64,000 bases of DNA. Origin: Escherichia phage Delraymugoa. The notes below the pieces were generated by a model. That model searched no databases. It was given only the letters and a program-made list of their open reading frames with translations, and was not told where the DNA came from. The position numbers and the translations under genes are program-made. Positions 44,021-54,186 of the stretch are shown here, piece by piece. The stretch lies in the sequence record OR896825.1; one strand, 5' to 3'. Position 1 is the first letter of the stretch, and each line of letters opens with the position of its first letter.

Positions 44021-45378
44021 CCCTTCTTAAGTTCTTTAAGATCTTTCTTATATTCCTTCATTGCGGTCGTCTTTGTCCAATACTCATATTCACTATGATG
44101 TTTATCGGCATCTTTGACCAGTCGATCATACTCTTCTTGAGTAACGCTATACAATGGCATAGAAACTAGCTTATCGGCGTATGGACGCAGTTTTTCATGT
44201 CCATTGATGGATTGCATTACCTCGGCCTTTTTCTTGCCCTGTAGCTCGATTTCGCCCTTAATTACGCGGTCGATAAATTCAGCTTTAGCCATTGCATAAT
44301 TGTATGCTTCCAGTGTTTCCGCTTGCATCAATTCAATGCGTTTATCGACATACCCTAATCGGATTTCGACGAATCGACGGATCAGATCGCTCGCTTTCTC
44401 GAATACTTCAACTAAACCACGTTCATTAACCACTACGATATTCTGGGCTACTAACTGCGTTAGTTTAAAATCCTTCATGATTTGCTCATGTCGAGCGGAT
44501 TCATCTTCGCTTTTGAAATAATCGCGTTTCAGTGTTACTTCAAATCTGAATCCGTCCTTAGAGCAACGGTCATTATACGATACAATCAGATCTTTTTCTT
44601 CCAGTGCATCAAGTACCGCTACATATTCTTCACGGTCGAACTTATAAGGAACTTCTGATATTGTCAGCTTAGTCTTGCCGTTTAGTTCATATGTACCCTC
44701 AAGAATCACACCATCGCGATCATCTCGCGGGATAACTTTACCCGTGAATTTCGGGAATTGAACACTAGGTTCTTTATCCAGTTTTCCGGCAAGTGCTAGC
44801 TCTGTGCATTCAATGAGGCTTTCCAGTGAATGCGGTAAAATGTCAGTTTTATACCCTGTAGCAATACCACTAATACCATTAGCCAATACCATTGGCACAA
44901 CTGGCAAGTAGAACGCTGGCGGGATGTGTTCCAGATCTTCGTGCTTGGGTGCGCAATTCATATCTTTATAGATTTTAAAGAAGTTTTCATGCACGCGAGC
45001 AAAGATATAACGTGCCGCACCTGCTTTCTGGACTAAACGCGATCCGAAGTTACCTTGACCGTCAAGCAGTGGAGTATTATTGCTCCATGTATTCGCCATA
45101 AGTGATCCGGCTTCTACGGCATTAGTTTCCCCGTGGTGATAACCCAACTCGGCAACACCAGATCCAATATCTGCCATCTTACGGAATTTCTTACGGTCGC
45201 CTTTACTCTTTTGCAAAGCACATTCCATAACAAAGCGTTGCACTGGTTTAAGCCCATCTACTAATTGAGGAATCCCGCGTTCCTCGGCAGAATAGATCGC
45301 ATATTCCTTAGCTTCATTATGTACAATGCTTTCAAGGCTGCGGTAAGTAACTGATTTATTCATCTTCACCTCATACAC
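44017..45378 (-). CDS. 52: DNA topoisomerase II medium subunit (gp52, GyrA-like)
   Basis: 453 aa; catalytic Tyr region (FARVHENFFKIYKD), placement before rIIB. Confidence 0.8.
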   Translation of the reverse strand: MYEVKMNKSVTYRSLESIVHNEAKEYAIYSAEERGIPQLVDGLKPVQRFVMECALQKSKGDRKKFRKMADIGSGVAELGYHHGETNAVEAGSLMANTWSNNTPLLDGQGNFGSRLVQKAGAARYIFARVHENFFKIYKDMNCAPKHEDLEHIPPAFYLPVVPMVLANGISGIATGYKTDILPHSLESLIECTELALAGKLDKEPSVQFPKFTGKVIPRDDRDGVILEGTYELNGKTKLTISEVPYKFDREEYVAVLDALEEKDLIVSYNDRCSKDGFRFEVTLKRDYFKSEDESARHEQIMKDFKLTQLVAQNIVVVNERGLVEVFEKASDLIRRFVEIRLGYVDKRIELMQAETLEAYNYAMAKAEFIDRVIKGEIELQGKKKAEVMQSINGHEKLRPYADKLVSMPLYSVTQEEYDRLVKDADKHHSEYEYWTKTTAMKEYKKDLKELKKG

Positions 45379-45733
45379 GCTTACAAATCACATTCTTTAC
45401 TTTATCAGATTTATCAGCCCAATCCAATAGCCATTTTAACGGAAGGATTGACACAATAAACGGGGCAGCAATCAAAGCAAACATGATACACCTGATAATC
45501 AGGAAAACGCAAGTGACAAAACTAGCGATAGTGATCCCGACAAAACAAAATACCATAGAAAACAGAGTAATGATATAGAAAGGCCAGAATACCCACTCCC
45601 GCATCTTAACGCCTTTGTATTCTCTGAATTGCTTAAAATCTACAAACAACTCTCGGATAGACGCGTACAGGACAGAAAAATCATCTTTCATTGCTCTGAA
45701 TGAGCAATCTTCTATTTTAGAATGACCTAGCAT
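45371..45733 (-). CDS. membrane protein (120 aa)
   Basis: two long hydrophobic segments. Confidence 0.45.
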   Translation of the reverse strand: MLGHSKIEDCSFRAMKDDFSVLYASIRELFVDFKQFREYKGVKMREWVFWPFYIITLFSMVFCFVGITIASFVTCVFLIIRCIMFALIAAPFIVSILPLKWLLDWADKSDKVKNVICKRV

Positions 45734-45735
45734 TA

Positions 45736-46029
45736 TTAACCGCCTTTAACCATTGATACAGGAATTGTTTTCTGATTTGTGTATAAGTGGCCTACTTCAA
45801 TTTTTTCTTGAATCACCACGACGTTACAATATCCACTGTCTTTAAGTTTTCTGATAATGACTCGCTTTTGTTCGTCGGTGATAGGATTGACTGTTCTCAC
45901 CAATTCACCGCAAATAATAGCACCATCTTTACAATTACCAGTAACTTTCATGCTACGACCGTGAACAACAACCACGTCACCGTAAATCACATTTTCGTCG
46001 TCGTATTTGGTAATAACCGTGACCGTCAT
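45736..46029 (-). CDS. hypothetical protein (97 aa)
   Basis: ORF. Confidence 0.4.
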   Translation of the reverse strand: MTVTVITKYDDENVIYGDVVVVHGRSMKVTGNCKDGAIICGELVRTVNPITDEQKRVIIRKLKDSGYCNVVVIQEKIEVGHLYTNQKTIPVSMVKGG

Positions 46030-46074
46030 AATGTATTCCCTCTAAGAAAGGCCGCGCAAAGCGGCCTATGTTGA

Positions 46075-46407
46075 TTATTGTTCTACAGTATAACCGTTGT
46101 TTTCAAGCCATGCAATAACAATCTTTTCGCCAATTTCATCGAGCATTTCATCAGCGCCATATTCTTTAATGAAAGTCGATGGATCATTATTGCTTACTAC
46201 GTGCTGGATCACAACATGTTCAGGAATTGCGTCTAGTAGTTCGCTATGATCATACTCATTAACGATATCTTCAACACTAACATTATTAACCAAATCAACA
46301 TCATCCATAGTCACAGTAACGCGACCGGACGGACGCAATGAATATTGGCTACTTTCAACTTCAACATGTGCACTTTCGCAAGTAACTTTCATATCAACCA
46401 TAATCAA
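46075..46407 (-). CDS. acidic hypothetical protein (110 aa)
   Basis: ORF. Confidence 0.4.
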   Translation of the reverse strand: MIMVDMKVTCESAHVEVESSQYSLRPSGRVTVTMDDVDLVNNVSVEDIVNEYDHSELLDAIPEHVVIQHVVSNNDPSTFIKEYGADEMLDEIGEKIVIAWLENNGYTVEQ

Positions 46408-46415
46408 TTCCTCTG

Positions 46416-47417
46416 TTAGTAATGGCTAAAACCTTCGGTCACATCTTCAACCACATAGTAACGATGACAGCGCATTTTGGCATTTGCATAATCTTTCGGG
46501 ATACTTACAACGTGACGCGGATCAACTTTGCATTTAATGATTCGGCCTCGTCCACCGCCATAGTGCGGAATATAGTGTTTCGCTGCAACGTGGAGGCCAT
46601 TAGAGCAAGTGCGATCATCATCTGGGTCCACGTCTTTACGCTTCATTTTAACCGTGCGACCTGGGCTATTATCAAACGTATGCGTAAAGAAATCTTTATA
46701 ATCAACATCAACACGTTTCCATGCATAGAAACAACCATCTTCCACGATCTCAATGTCGTTGTGCTCTAAGAAGTCAAATAGACGATCTACGGCCTTACGG
46801 CTAGGGTTTTTCTTGCACTTCTCAAAGAAGTTCAGATAGTGCGTATATGGCTTATTCTCTTTAATCGACTCCACAACTCGACGAGTCAGATTATTATCAA
46901 GAACAATATTATGATAATACACAATACCATTTTCGATACGGAAAGCACCGTGATAATATACTTCAACCGCTTTCTTAATGTCAATCAGCGTAATAGCTTT
47001 GATGAAATCATTATGTTTAATCGCTTCCAGTGCTTCATTAAAGTTAACATGTGATGGATCAGCAGTATAAACAATGTCACCACATGTAATAGTAATAAAC
47101 TTAGTTGAGGCTATGGCTACGATTTTTGAGGAAGTAGTCACGGGCTTTTTTGCGCGTTCACCGCCTTTTCCTTTACTGGTTTTACGGCGTGCTTTACGTT
47201 TTTCTAGTGCCTTACGACCTTCCGCTACTGCGTCTTTCTGAATCAGTAATACGCGGGAAGCAGTACGACGAGATACACCAAATGCTGCCGCAAGTGCTTC
47301 GCGGGTAGTAAACTTACCTTCACCCCACTGTTTAGCCAGTTTGATTTGTTTCGCAGAATCCAGGCATTGAACGTTACGGTCAGAGACGGTGATTTTTGCT
47401 TTAGTCATAGTATTCAT
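46416..47417 (-). CDS. rIIB: rIIB protein
   Basis: SRKAVDRLFDFLEHNDIEIVEDGCFYAWK and VSIPKDYANAKMRCHRYYVVEDVTE match T4 rIIB. Confidence 0.8.
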   Translation of the reverse strand: MNTMTKAKITVSDRNVQCLDSAKQIKLAKQWGEGKFTTREALAAAFGVSRRTASRVLLIQKDAVAEGRKALEKRKARRKTSKGKGGERAKKPVTTSSKIVAIASTKFITITCGDIVYTADPSHVNFNEALEAIKHNDFIKAITLIDIKKAVEVYYHGAFRIENGIVYYHNIVLDNNLTRRVVESIKENKPYTHYLNFFEKCKKNPSRKAVDRLFDFLEHNDIEIVEDGCFYAWKRVDVDYKDFFTHTFDNSPGRTVKMKRKDVDPDDDRTCSNGLHVAAKHYIPHYGGGRGRIIKCKVDPRHVVSIPKDYANAKMRCHRYYVVEDVTEGFSHY

Positions 47418-47469
47418 TCCTCTATTAGTTGGGCGACTATCGCCGCCCGATTCACATCATTATACCAGA

Positions 47470-47601
47470 ATTACTTTGCTTCGACAACCTTGCGGATTGT
47501 GCGGTCTGATACATTATAGATTCGTGCCAGTTCGCCTTTAGTCAAGCCGCGAGCGTATTGTTTACGGATGGTTTCTTTCTGGATAGCGGTCAGTTTAGTC
47601 A
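47470..47601 (-). CDS. small HTH protein (43 aa), not in ORF track
   Basis: hand translation MTKLTAIQKETIRKQYARGLTKGELARIYNVSDRTIRKVVEAK; helix-turn-helix pattern similar to rIIB N-terminus. Confidence 0.4.
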
Positions 47602-47613
47602 TAATATCACCTC

Positions 47614-49722
47614 TTAAAATTTAACATTCTTAACCAGTTTCATAAAGTCTTGTGCGCGTTTGTCGTTATGCAGAATACGATACCAGTTATCTACAATATC
47701 ATACAGTAACGGGCTATTCTCTTTAAACTTCTCACAAACTGCTTTAATTCGTTCGTTTGCTGCCGTGAATTTTTCATCACAGATCTTTTTAGTTTCTTCG
47801 TCCATAATCCAACGAGTATGAAGGAGTAACTTGGAAACCTCTTTATTATAATGACGACCGTACAGTCTGTCAATAAATTCTGGAATACAGCGTTCTAGTT
47901 CATCGTCATGAAACAACATAGTGATCACACCCAGATATTCGCCATACCCCAGATGATTGGTCTTAACCTTCTTAGCCAGACCAGCCAGCTTACCGCGAAC
48001 AAATTCTAGCGCACATTCCAATTGTTCGTCAACGAGATATTTTTGTGTCTCGTTTCGAGTAATAATATACTTTGTTACCCCGAAGTAGTCAAGCGCCGTG
48101 TGTAATGTATTTTCACTATGGATCGATTTACGACTACGGCTTTCGAATGCATCACCTACGCGGAACATGTGCAAGCCTGATAACTCGCGAATCTCTGCCG
48201 CTTTCATGTGATGGCTGGTTTTATGCCAACTGTCACCAATCTTTTCCATGATATACACGTTAGGCAGCTTAGGAGTCGCTTCACGTTGTGTACGCTCGGT
48301 CTTTTCCGGCTTAACTGCTTTAGCACGCAGATCATCGGCCTCGGACACTTTAATCACGGTCATTTCAGAATCATCATAATACTGTTTGATGTACTCGAAA
48401 GTCTCCATATGTTTTTCGTTGCGCTGACGGAACACAAGTACCTTTTTATTGATGCCGTATTCCTGGACCATACCGTTAAGAGTCAGTGCACGCAGTTTCG
48501 GTTTATCGGTATCATCAATAAGACACGTAATATCTTCTTTATGCATCCATACAAAATGCGTAATGTTGTATTGACTGCTAACGAAAGCAGGGCGCAATTT
48601 ACTGATTGTGTGACGAGTACGATACAGAGTATACACCTGACCTTCTACGTCATTAGGCGAATCTTTACCCGCATTCACAAACTTATTATAGATTGCTACC
48701 GGATCATCCCACTGCCCGATCTTACCCATCTTGCTAATAATATTGCGTTGAGTCGATGAATACTCGCTCATAAATTGCGCAAGTTTACGCTCTGTTTTAA
48801 TGTTGGCGATCTTCTCTTTAACCTTTTCCAACATCATTTCATTGATTTCTGCAATGCGTTTTTCGATGTTCGCTTTAGTCTCAATTGACAAGTGAACTTC
48901 TTCACGCGATGGCATCAGGTCCAGATCACCCAACTCAAAATTAATGTAAATGGTCTGGTGCTGGCGGTTTACAGCTTCTAACCATGTTCCGCGAACATAT
49001 TCATACGGGATCGGGTACTGGATCTTACCCATGATTGCATATACCACATAGGAATCGTTATCACGCCCATTACAAACATAATAATTATCAAAGCTAGGGA
49101 AATAATTAATTTCGATTGCATTGATATTAGGTTTGTGTTCCCCAAAATGACGCAGTACAAACTGTGCTTCTCGATGCCATGTCTGAATATCTTTCTCTTT
49201 CACCGGAATAGTGATTTTCAGACCATTGTCTTCATATGTCGGTTCGTCGAAAATCTGCACCATTTTCGGCATCGAGTTTTGCACAAATGCCGTAAAGCCA
49301 TAAGCGCGACCATTGTAATAGTTTACGATTGTAAAGGTGTCGGTATAGCTATAAGCAGACTTCGCACCCAAACCAAAAGACCCGATATAGTCATTAGTCT
49401 GGTCTTTTGTTGATTCAAAGTAAACCGTAAACAGTTGTTCTAATTCTTTCTTAGACGGAATACCAGTACCATAATCACGCACAGAAAAATACGGTTCGAT
49501 TGCAGTCGGTAAATGAATATCAAACGGACGATCTAAGGTTCCGGCTTCTTTGTGAGTGTCGGTAGCATTGCACGAATACTCACGGACGCAAGCACGCTCA
49601 CAATATTGATAAGTGTTCTTAGAAAGCACCATAAAAGCCTTGCTACTTGCTTTCAGTGAAAAATCAACCGCACCGCTCAAGTCACTGCCAAATACTTCTT
49701 CATTATCAATATGCATTTTCAT
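47614..49722 (-). CDS. rIIA: rIIA protein
   Basis: 702 aa, position after rIIB, GHKL-ATPase-like N-terminal region. Confidence 0.8.
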   Translation of the reverse strand: MKMHIDNEEVFGSDLSGAVDFSLKASSKAFMVLSKNTYQYCERACVREYSCNATDTHKEAGTLDRPFDIHLPTAIEPYFSVRDYGTGIPSKKELEQLFTVYFESTKDQTNDYIGSFGLGAKSAYSYTDTFTIVNYYNGRAYGFTAFVQNSMPKMVQIFDEPTYEDNGLKITIPVKEKDIQTWHREAQFVLRHFGEHKPNINAIEINYFPSFDNYYVCNGRDNDSYVVYAIMGKIQYPIPYEYVRGTWLEAVNRQHQTIYINFELGDLDLMPSREEVHLSIETKANIEKRIAEINEMMLEKVKEKIANIKTERKLAQFMSEYSSTQRNIISKMGKIGQWDDPVAIYNKFVNAGKDSPNDVEGQVYTLYRTRHTISKLRPAFVSSQYNITHFVWMHKEDITCLIDDTDKPKLRALTLNGMVQEYGINKKVLVFRQRNEKHMETFEYIKQYYDDSEMTVIKVSEADDLRAKAVKPEKTERTQREATPKLPNVYIMEKIGDSWHKTSHHMKAAEIRELSGLHMFRVGDAFESRSRKSIHSENTLHTALDYFGVTKYIITRNETQKYLVDEQLECALEFVRGKLAGLAKKVKTNHLGYGEYLGVITMLFHDDELERCIPEFIDRLYGRHYNKEVSKLLLHTRWIMDEETKKICDEKFTAANERIKAVCEKFKENSPLLYDIVDNWYRILHNDKRAQDFMKLVKNVKF

Positions 49723-49736
49723 AATATAATCCTCAC

Positions 49737-49994
49737 TTAATTAAAATCTTCTTTGTCCATCTCTGCGTAGATTACATCCCACGCCCATAAATCAATAAAC
49801 GCATTATATGTCACGGTGCAATCGTTGTCAATCACTTCTTTCGCATATTTCTTGATGTTTTCGTAGGAAACTTGCGGGTCAATTTTGTGTTTACGAAGGT
49901 GCGCATATTCATATCTCAGACATTTCATAAACAGGTCCATCGATTTCTTTTCTCGATGACACTTGGCGATCATAAAATCAAAACTTCGACTCAT
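49737..49994 (-). CDS. hypothetical protein (85 aa)
   Basis: ORF. Confidence 0.4.
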   Translation of the reverse strand: MSRSFDFMIAKCHREKKSMDLFMKCLRYEYAHLRKHKIDPQVSYENIKKYAKEVIDNDCTVTYNAFIDLWAWDVIYAEMDKEDFN

Positions 49995-50005
49995 TTTTCT
50001 ACTCC

Positions 50006-50200
50006 TTATACATTTTCAATTACCCATTGCAGATGGGCTTCTGCGTCAACCAGTTCAGCGCGGCTTTTCTCTAAGCACTTGCTGTATTCTTTACGTTCCC
50101 ACTCGGTAATTTCGTTTTTCAGGACTTCTTCATAGTAAGCAATTACGCCTTTCAGGTCTGAAACTTTACGGCTTGCCAATTCGATGTAATGGTTACGCAT
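50006..50200 (-). CDS. hypothetical protein (64 aa)
   Basis: ORF. Confidence 0.4.
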   Translation of the reverse strand: MRNHYIELASRKVSDLKGVIAYYEEVLKNEITEWERKEYSKCLEKSRAELVDAEAHLQWVIENV

Positions 50201-50396
50201 TTTGATTCTCCTTTGTTACTAGATAACGAATTTGGTCTTGCATTGCGATCAGTTCCCAGCGTGCTACTTTCATCATGGAAACTGACTCTTTGAACATAAT
50301 ATTAGCTTTTTCCTTCTCCCCTGTCAAGTAGATTTCTGCAATTTTTTCACAAAATTTTTGAGTTTCTTCATTCTTAAACGGTTTCATATAAGTCAA
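50193..50396 (-). CDS. hypothetical protein (67 aa)
   Basis: ORF. Confidence 0.4.
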   Translation of the reverse strand: MTYMKPFKNEETQKFCEKIAEIYLTGEKEKANIMFKESVSMMKVARWELIAMQDQIRYLVTKENQNA

Positions 50397-50453
50397 CCTT
50401 TTGTTTTCGATGGGGACATTATGATATATCCCCGATCCAGTGTCAACAGATTT

Positions 50454-50753
50454 TTAATCTTTTTTCAGTGCATCCATTACTCGCTCTGCGATCAGTTCTC
50501 GTAAGCACTGATAACCATGATATTTGATGGCAATGTCACGCAGATCATTAACCAGTTCCCGTACTTCATGGTCTTTCAGATCGTCTCTGTATTTCGATTT
50601 AACCGTGTCTTTAGGTGGATTGCGGATAACCTGAAAACCTTGTTCTGCAATCACTGCGGCTTCGCGCTGGCGTTCATGTTGTACTGTATTTTTGATCAGG
50701 TCTGCTTCCATGAACTTTGCCATACTCATCATCATGTTATTCTTTTTGCTCAT
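50454..50753 (-). CDS. hypothetical protein (99 aa, start trimmed to MSKKNN)
   Basis: RBS GAGGA before ATG 50751-50753; track N-terminus runs through promoter. Confidence 0.45.
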   Translation of the reverse strand: MSKKNNMMMSMAKFMEADLIKNTVQHERQREAAVIAEQGFQVIRNPPKDTVKSKYRDDLKDHEVRELVNDLRDIAIKYHGYQCLRELIAERVMDALKKD

Positions 50754-50787
50754 TATTAAATCCTCATAAAAGAAAAGGGAGACTCCC

Positions 50788-50815
50788 ATTATAGAGAATC
50801 TCCCTTGTATGTCAA
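50788..50815 (-). promoter_or_regulatory. early promoter TTGACA-N16-TATAAT with GGGAGA..TCTCCC hairpin
   Basis: revcomp 50810-50815 TTGACA; revcomp 50788-50793 TATAAT. Confidence 0.55.
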
Positions 50816-50818
50816 GTG

Positions 50819-52642
50819 TTATGATTGCATCCAAATTTTGCGCTGATCTGCATCTTCACTATAGAGCAAATCGAATAGCTCTTTATAGTTTTCCGGTAAC
50901 GTGATGATCTCCATGACAGGATCGTTGATCACGCGATGATAGTCTGATTCTGTGAGCGATGCTAAACCTTTGATATATCGAATGCTATAACCTTTGATAT
51001 TATCTCGGTCGTTCTCGAAATCTTCTAGGTCATAATACCATCGAACATCATCACCTTTCTTTGGTTCCGCAATGATAATAGGTGTTTTGATAAACCGGAT
51101 TCGTCCATCTTCGAACAATTCAGGCCAACGTGCAAAGAAAGAGATCAGACTAGGTTTAATAGACCCGATCCCGTCAGTATCAGCGTCGGTCATAATCGCA
51201 ATATTTTTGTATTGCATAACTTCCAATGCATCAACACCAAATTGCAAGCCAGTGATCGCCATGATGTTAAAAATTTCGGCGTTCTTAACGATCTTTGCCT
51301 CCGGTTGTTCCCACGTTGTAAGAGTTTTGCCTCGCAACGGGAAACCTCCATGTAAATCTTGATCGCGTACAGAGATCAGATAGTTGATCGCGGAATCACC
51401 TTCCGTCAAAAACAGGGTAGTTTCTGCGTCAGTTCCAATAAGGTTAGCTTTAACGTGTTTTGCCACCTTAGCCCGTTTCGCTGCCTTTGCTGCCTTAGTC
51501 GCTGCCGCTTTATCTGCTGCCTCTTTGCGTGCCAGGACTACAGCAATAATAGGCATGATAATGTTTTCTTTCTTAGCAATGGCTTTAGCCAGCTTTTTAA
51601 AATCAAGATCAATATGACGCTTGATATCACCAGTTGGATTAGTCAATCGTTCTTTTGTCTGTGAATCAAAACGAAGGTTAGGCAATTCACGAACAATAAG
51701 AATACAGGTCAATCCAGACTTAACCGCAGCTTTAGTAACATCAACCTTATATTCTTTCTTGATTCGTTTTACAATCTCTTCACAAAGATCATCTGTCACA
51801 TAATCAACGTGTGTTCCCCCGTTTTTGGTAAACAGACCATTAGCAAAGGATACTGATTTAAAACCTTCTCCCTCGACCGCAGGAACTAGGGCAAGTGAAA
51901 AGTTTTTATCTTCAATGACAAACGGATCATCATTGTATAGTTTAGCATAATCCTTGAACTTACTAACAATACGTTTACCATTAAACTTAAACGTGATCTT
52001 AGGAAAGATTACGCTCAATGATTGCAGACGATCATGAACAATATCTAAAACAGAGTTGTCCATCATATAACCTTCGAAGTGGTCGAAGTCTGGACAAAAT
52101 GTAACCTTCGTTCCCTTCAATTTTGATGGTTTTGATGACCATGTGATATTTTCAGCACCGTTTGTGCACTGTACGGTCATTTCTGTTTCGCCGTCACAGG
52201 TCACACCAGTAAACCAATCGCTAAAGAAATTTGACAACGACGACCCCACACCGTTCATCCCTTGCGTTAATCGATTGGTATCATCAAAGTTAGACCCTGC
52301 TTTTGTTCGTGTCCATGCGGCTACAGGTTGCGGAATCTGCGTGCCCTCTGGGGTAGTAACCATATGTTGAGGAATACCGCGACCATTGTCTGTTACCGTA
52401 ACAATATTGTTTTGGATATCGACGCTAATCACATTGGCAAATTCAAAATTAGTGCGGATCGCCTCGTCTACAGAGTTGTCGATAATCTCATCAATGATTT
52501 TAACCAGCCCAGGAACATATGAAATTTTTGTCCATTTACCGAACAGGAAACGTTGATGTTCTTCGTAAGTTGTTGATCCTATATACATTCCTGCACGCTT
52601 AAGGACATGTTCACGATCAGATAAAATGCGGAACTCACTCAT
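50819..52642 (-). CDS. 39: DNA topoisomerase II large (ATPase, GyrB-like) subunit, unsplit 39/60 form
   Basis: 607 aa; GHKL ATPase and TOPRIM motifs in one ORF. Confidence 0.85.
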   Translation of the reverse strand: MSEFRILSDREHVLKRAGMYIGSTTYEEHQRFLFGKWTKISYVPGLVKIIDEIIDNSVDEAIRTNFEFANVISVDIQNNIVTVTDNGRGIPQHMVTTPEGTQIPQPVAAWTRTKAGSNFDDTNRLTQGMNGVGSSLSNFFSDWFTGVTCDGETEMTVQCTNGAENITWSSKPSKLKGTKVTFCPDFDHFEGYMMDNSVLDIVHDRLQSLSVIFPKITFKFNGKRIVSKFKDYAKLYNDDPFVIEDKNFSLALVPAVEGEGFKSVSFANGLFTKNGGTHVDYVTDDLCEEIVKRIKKEYKVDVTKAAVKSGLTCILIVRELPNLRFDSQTKERLTNPTGDIKRHIDLDFKKLAKAIAKKENIIMPIIAVVLARKEAADKAAATKAAKAAKRAKVAKHVKANLIGTDAETTLFLTEGDSAINYLISVRDQDLHGGFPLRGKTLTTWEQPEAKIVKNAEIFNIMAITGLQFGVDALEVMQYKNIAIMTDADTDGIGSIKPSLISFFARWPELFEDGRIRFIKTPIIIAEPKKGDDVRWYYDLEDFENDRDNIKGYSIRYIKGLASLTESDYHRVINDPVMEIITLPENYKELFDLLYSEDADQRKIWMQS

Positions 52643-52741
52643 TATTAAACCTCTTCATAACATAACCATAACTTACTGCAACCGCCACAAAGACGGCTGC
52701 AACAATCATATTAAAAATTGAGTGATTGTCAAGTATATGAC

Positions 52742-52915
52742 TCATGACACGCGCACATTTTTATCATAGTACCCGCCATTAATCCCGCGCGGGGCAGTTA
52801 ATCCCTGTTTGCATTCTTTACCACATTCAGGGCATTCTGCCTTTTCACGTTCGGAAATTTTGCGGATTTTCTGAAATTGACCGTGTTCTTCACAAGAATA
52901 ATCATATAATGGCAT
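52742..52915 (-). CDS. FmdB-like zinc-ribbon protein (57 aa from MPLYDYSC)
   Basis: YDYSCEEHGQF ... AECPECGK. Confidence 0.45.
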   Translation of the reverse strand: MPLYDYSCEEHGQFQKIRKISEREKAECPECGKECKQGLTAPRGINGGYYDKNVRVS

Positions 52916-52916
52916 A

Positions 52917-53585
52917 TTATCCCCTTTGTTTCTTAACTGAATTTGGATCTGGATTTTCTGGTAGGTCTTCCAGACCCATAGCATAACGTTGTGCATAGAT
53001 TAGCATAAGAATATCGCGAGCGCAATCATGAATTGCATCATGTGCGATAAAACCATCTAGCGTACCCATTGGTAACGGACACTCACACATCCCGCGATGC
53101 ATCAATGTACGCTCAATGGCGGTGCGAACATCTCGGATATTCCAGAATCGCACAGGTTCAAGGCTGAACGTCTCTCGTGTATTGTGTGCACGTCGAATCA
53201 TATCAACTAGTAATGGAATATCAAACGCATTACCGCGTGACCACATTACGGATTTAACCGGATCTACCCCTACGGATTCACAGAATGCGTTAAAACGCGC
53301 TAAACCTTCTTTAGTTGATACTTCCGTACCATTTGTGATTAATTGCTTTCTCATGCCTTCTGAGGCGGTATTCTTCCACCATTCAACCACACCATGATCA
53401 AACACCCTTACACCTTTCTGGGAAGGAATATCAAATTTTACCAGAAAGGAATTGTCAACCAGTTCTTTAAATGTAGGTGGATTGTGCGGATCTTCTTTAA
53501 ATCCGATTGCCGCCATATTGATAACCGCCCCATCAGGCGGATAACCTAAACTTTCAAAGTCAATCATTAAATCCACTGGAAGCAT
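52917..53585 (-). CDS. dexA: exonuclease A (DnaQ-like 3'-5' exonuclease)
   Basis: MIDFESLG DEDD motif; 222 aa from MLPVDL; RBS GGAGGA. Confidence 0.7.
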   Translation of the reverse strand: MLPVDLMIDFESLGYPPDGAVINMAAIGFKEDPHNPPTFKELVDNSFLVKFDIPSQKGVRVFDHGVVEWWKNTASEGMRKQLITNGTEVSTKEGLARFNAFCESVGVDPVKSVMWSRGNAFDIPLLVDMIRRAHNTRETFSLEPVRFWNIRDVRTAIERTLMHRGMCECPLPMGTLDGFIAHDAIHDCARDILMLIYAQRYAMGLEDLPENPDPNSVKKQRG

Positions 53586-53586
53586 G

Positions 53587-53829
53587 TTAAATATCCTCCG
53601 CGATATGCCGGAACAACTCCAGATCGTTTTTATCCAGAATGAAACCGCTACAATCAATAATCCCGTTACCGTAATTATCGGTTAACAGTCGTTCCGTTGC
53701 CATGTATGCGCGTACTTTGTTGTTAAAATTCATTACATGTTGTGCATAGTCACAATGAATCTTTTGACGGTTCCACGCGACAATTGATTGTAGATGTATT
53801 ACATTAGCCACATTATTAATAACAACCAT
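53587..53829 (-). CDS. hypothetical protein (80 aa from MVVINN)
   Basis: RBS GAGGGT; track start is GTG inside upstream ORF. Confidence 0.4.
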   Translation of the reverse strand: MVVINNVANVIHLQSIVAWNRQKIHCDYAQHVMNFNNKVRAYMATERLLTDNYGNGIIDCSGFILDKNDLELFRHIAEDI

Positions 53830-53830
53830 A

Positions 53831-54007
53831 TCAAAACCCTCGCTTAGTGGAATGTTCTGGCATTTTATTGATACATTCAGCTTGGTAGTCACGAGATTTT
53901 TTTGACGAATTAAGAGCTACAGCCAAAAAATCCTGTAACTGTTCGTTTGTCATTTTTGGCTTACACCGCGTATCTAAACCCTTCGTTCTTCTAGCTTCAT
54001 TAGCCAT
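53831..54007 (-). CDS. small hypothetical protein (58 aa), not in ORF track
   Basis: hand translation ends ...YQAECINKMPEHSTKRGF; paralogous C-terminus with 54009..54170. Confidence 0.4.
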   Translation of the reverse strand: MANEARRTKGLDTRCKPKMTNEQLQDFLAVALNSSKKSRDYQAECINKMPEHSTKRGF

Positions 54008-54008
54008 A

Positions 54009-54170
54009 TCAAAAACCTCGCTTAGTGAAATGCTCGATCATTTTATTGATACATGCAGCTTCACTATCGCCGGACACGTTCCAGCCGTATAGACCCCATC
54101 TAAAGCACATGGTAACAGTTCCATTGTGACGGCTTACCGTCACATCATTAAATTCTGGGATACTTCGCAT
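54009..54170 (-). CDS. small hypothetical protein (53 aa), not in ORF track
   Basis: hand translation ends ...SEAACINKMIEHFTKRGF; RBS GAGGAAA. Confidence 0.4.
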   Translation of the reverse strand: MRSIPEFNDVTVSRHNGTVTMCFRWGLYGWNVSGDSEAACINKMIEHFTKRGF

Positions 54171-54186
54171 AATCATAATAATTTCC

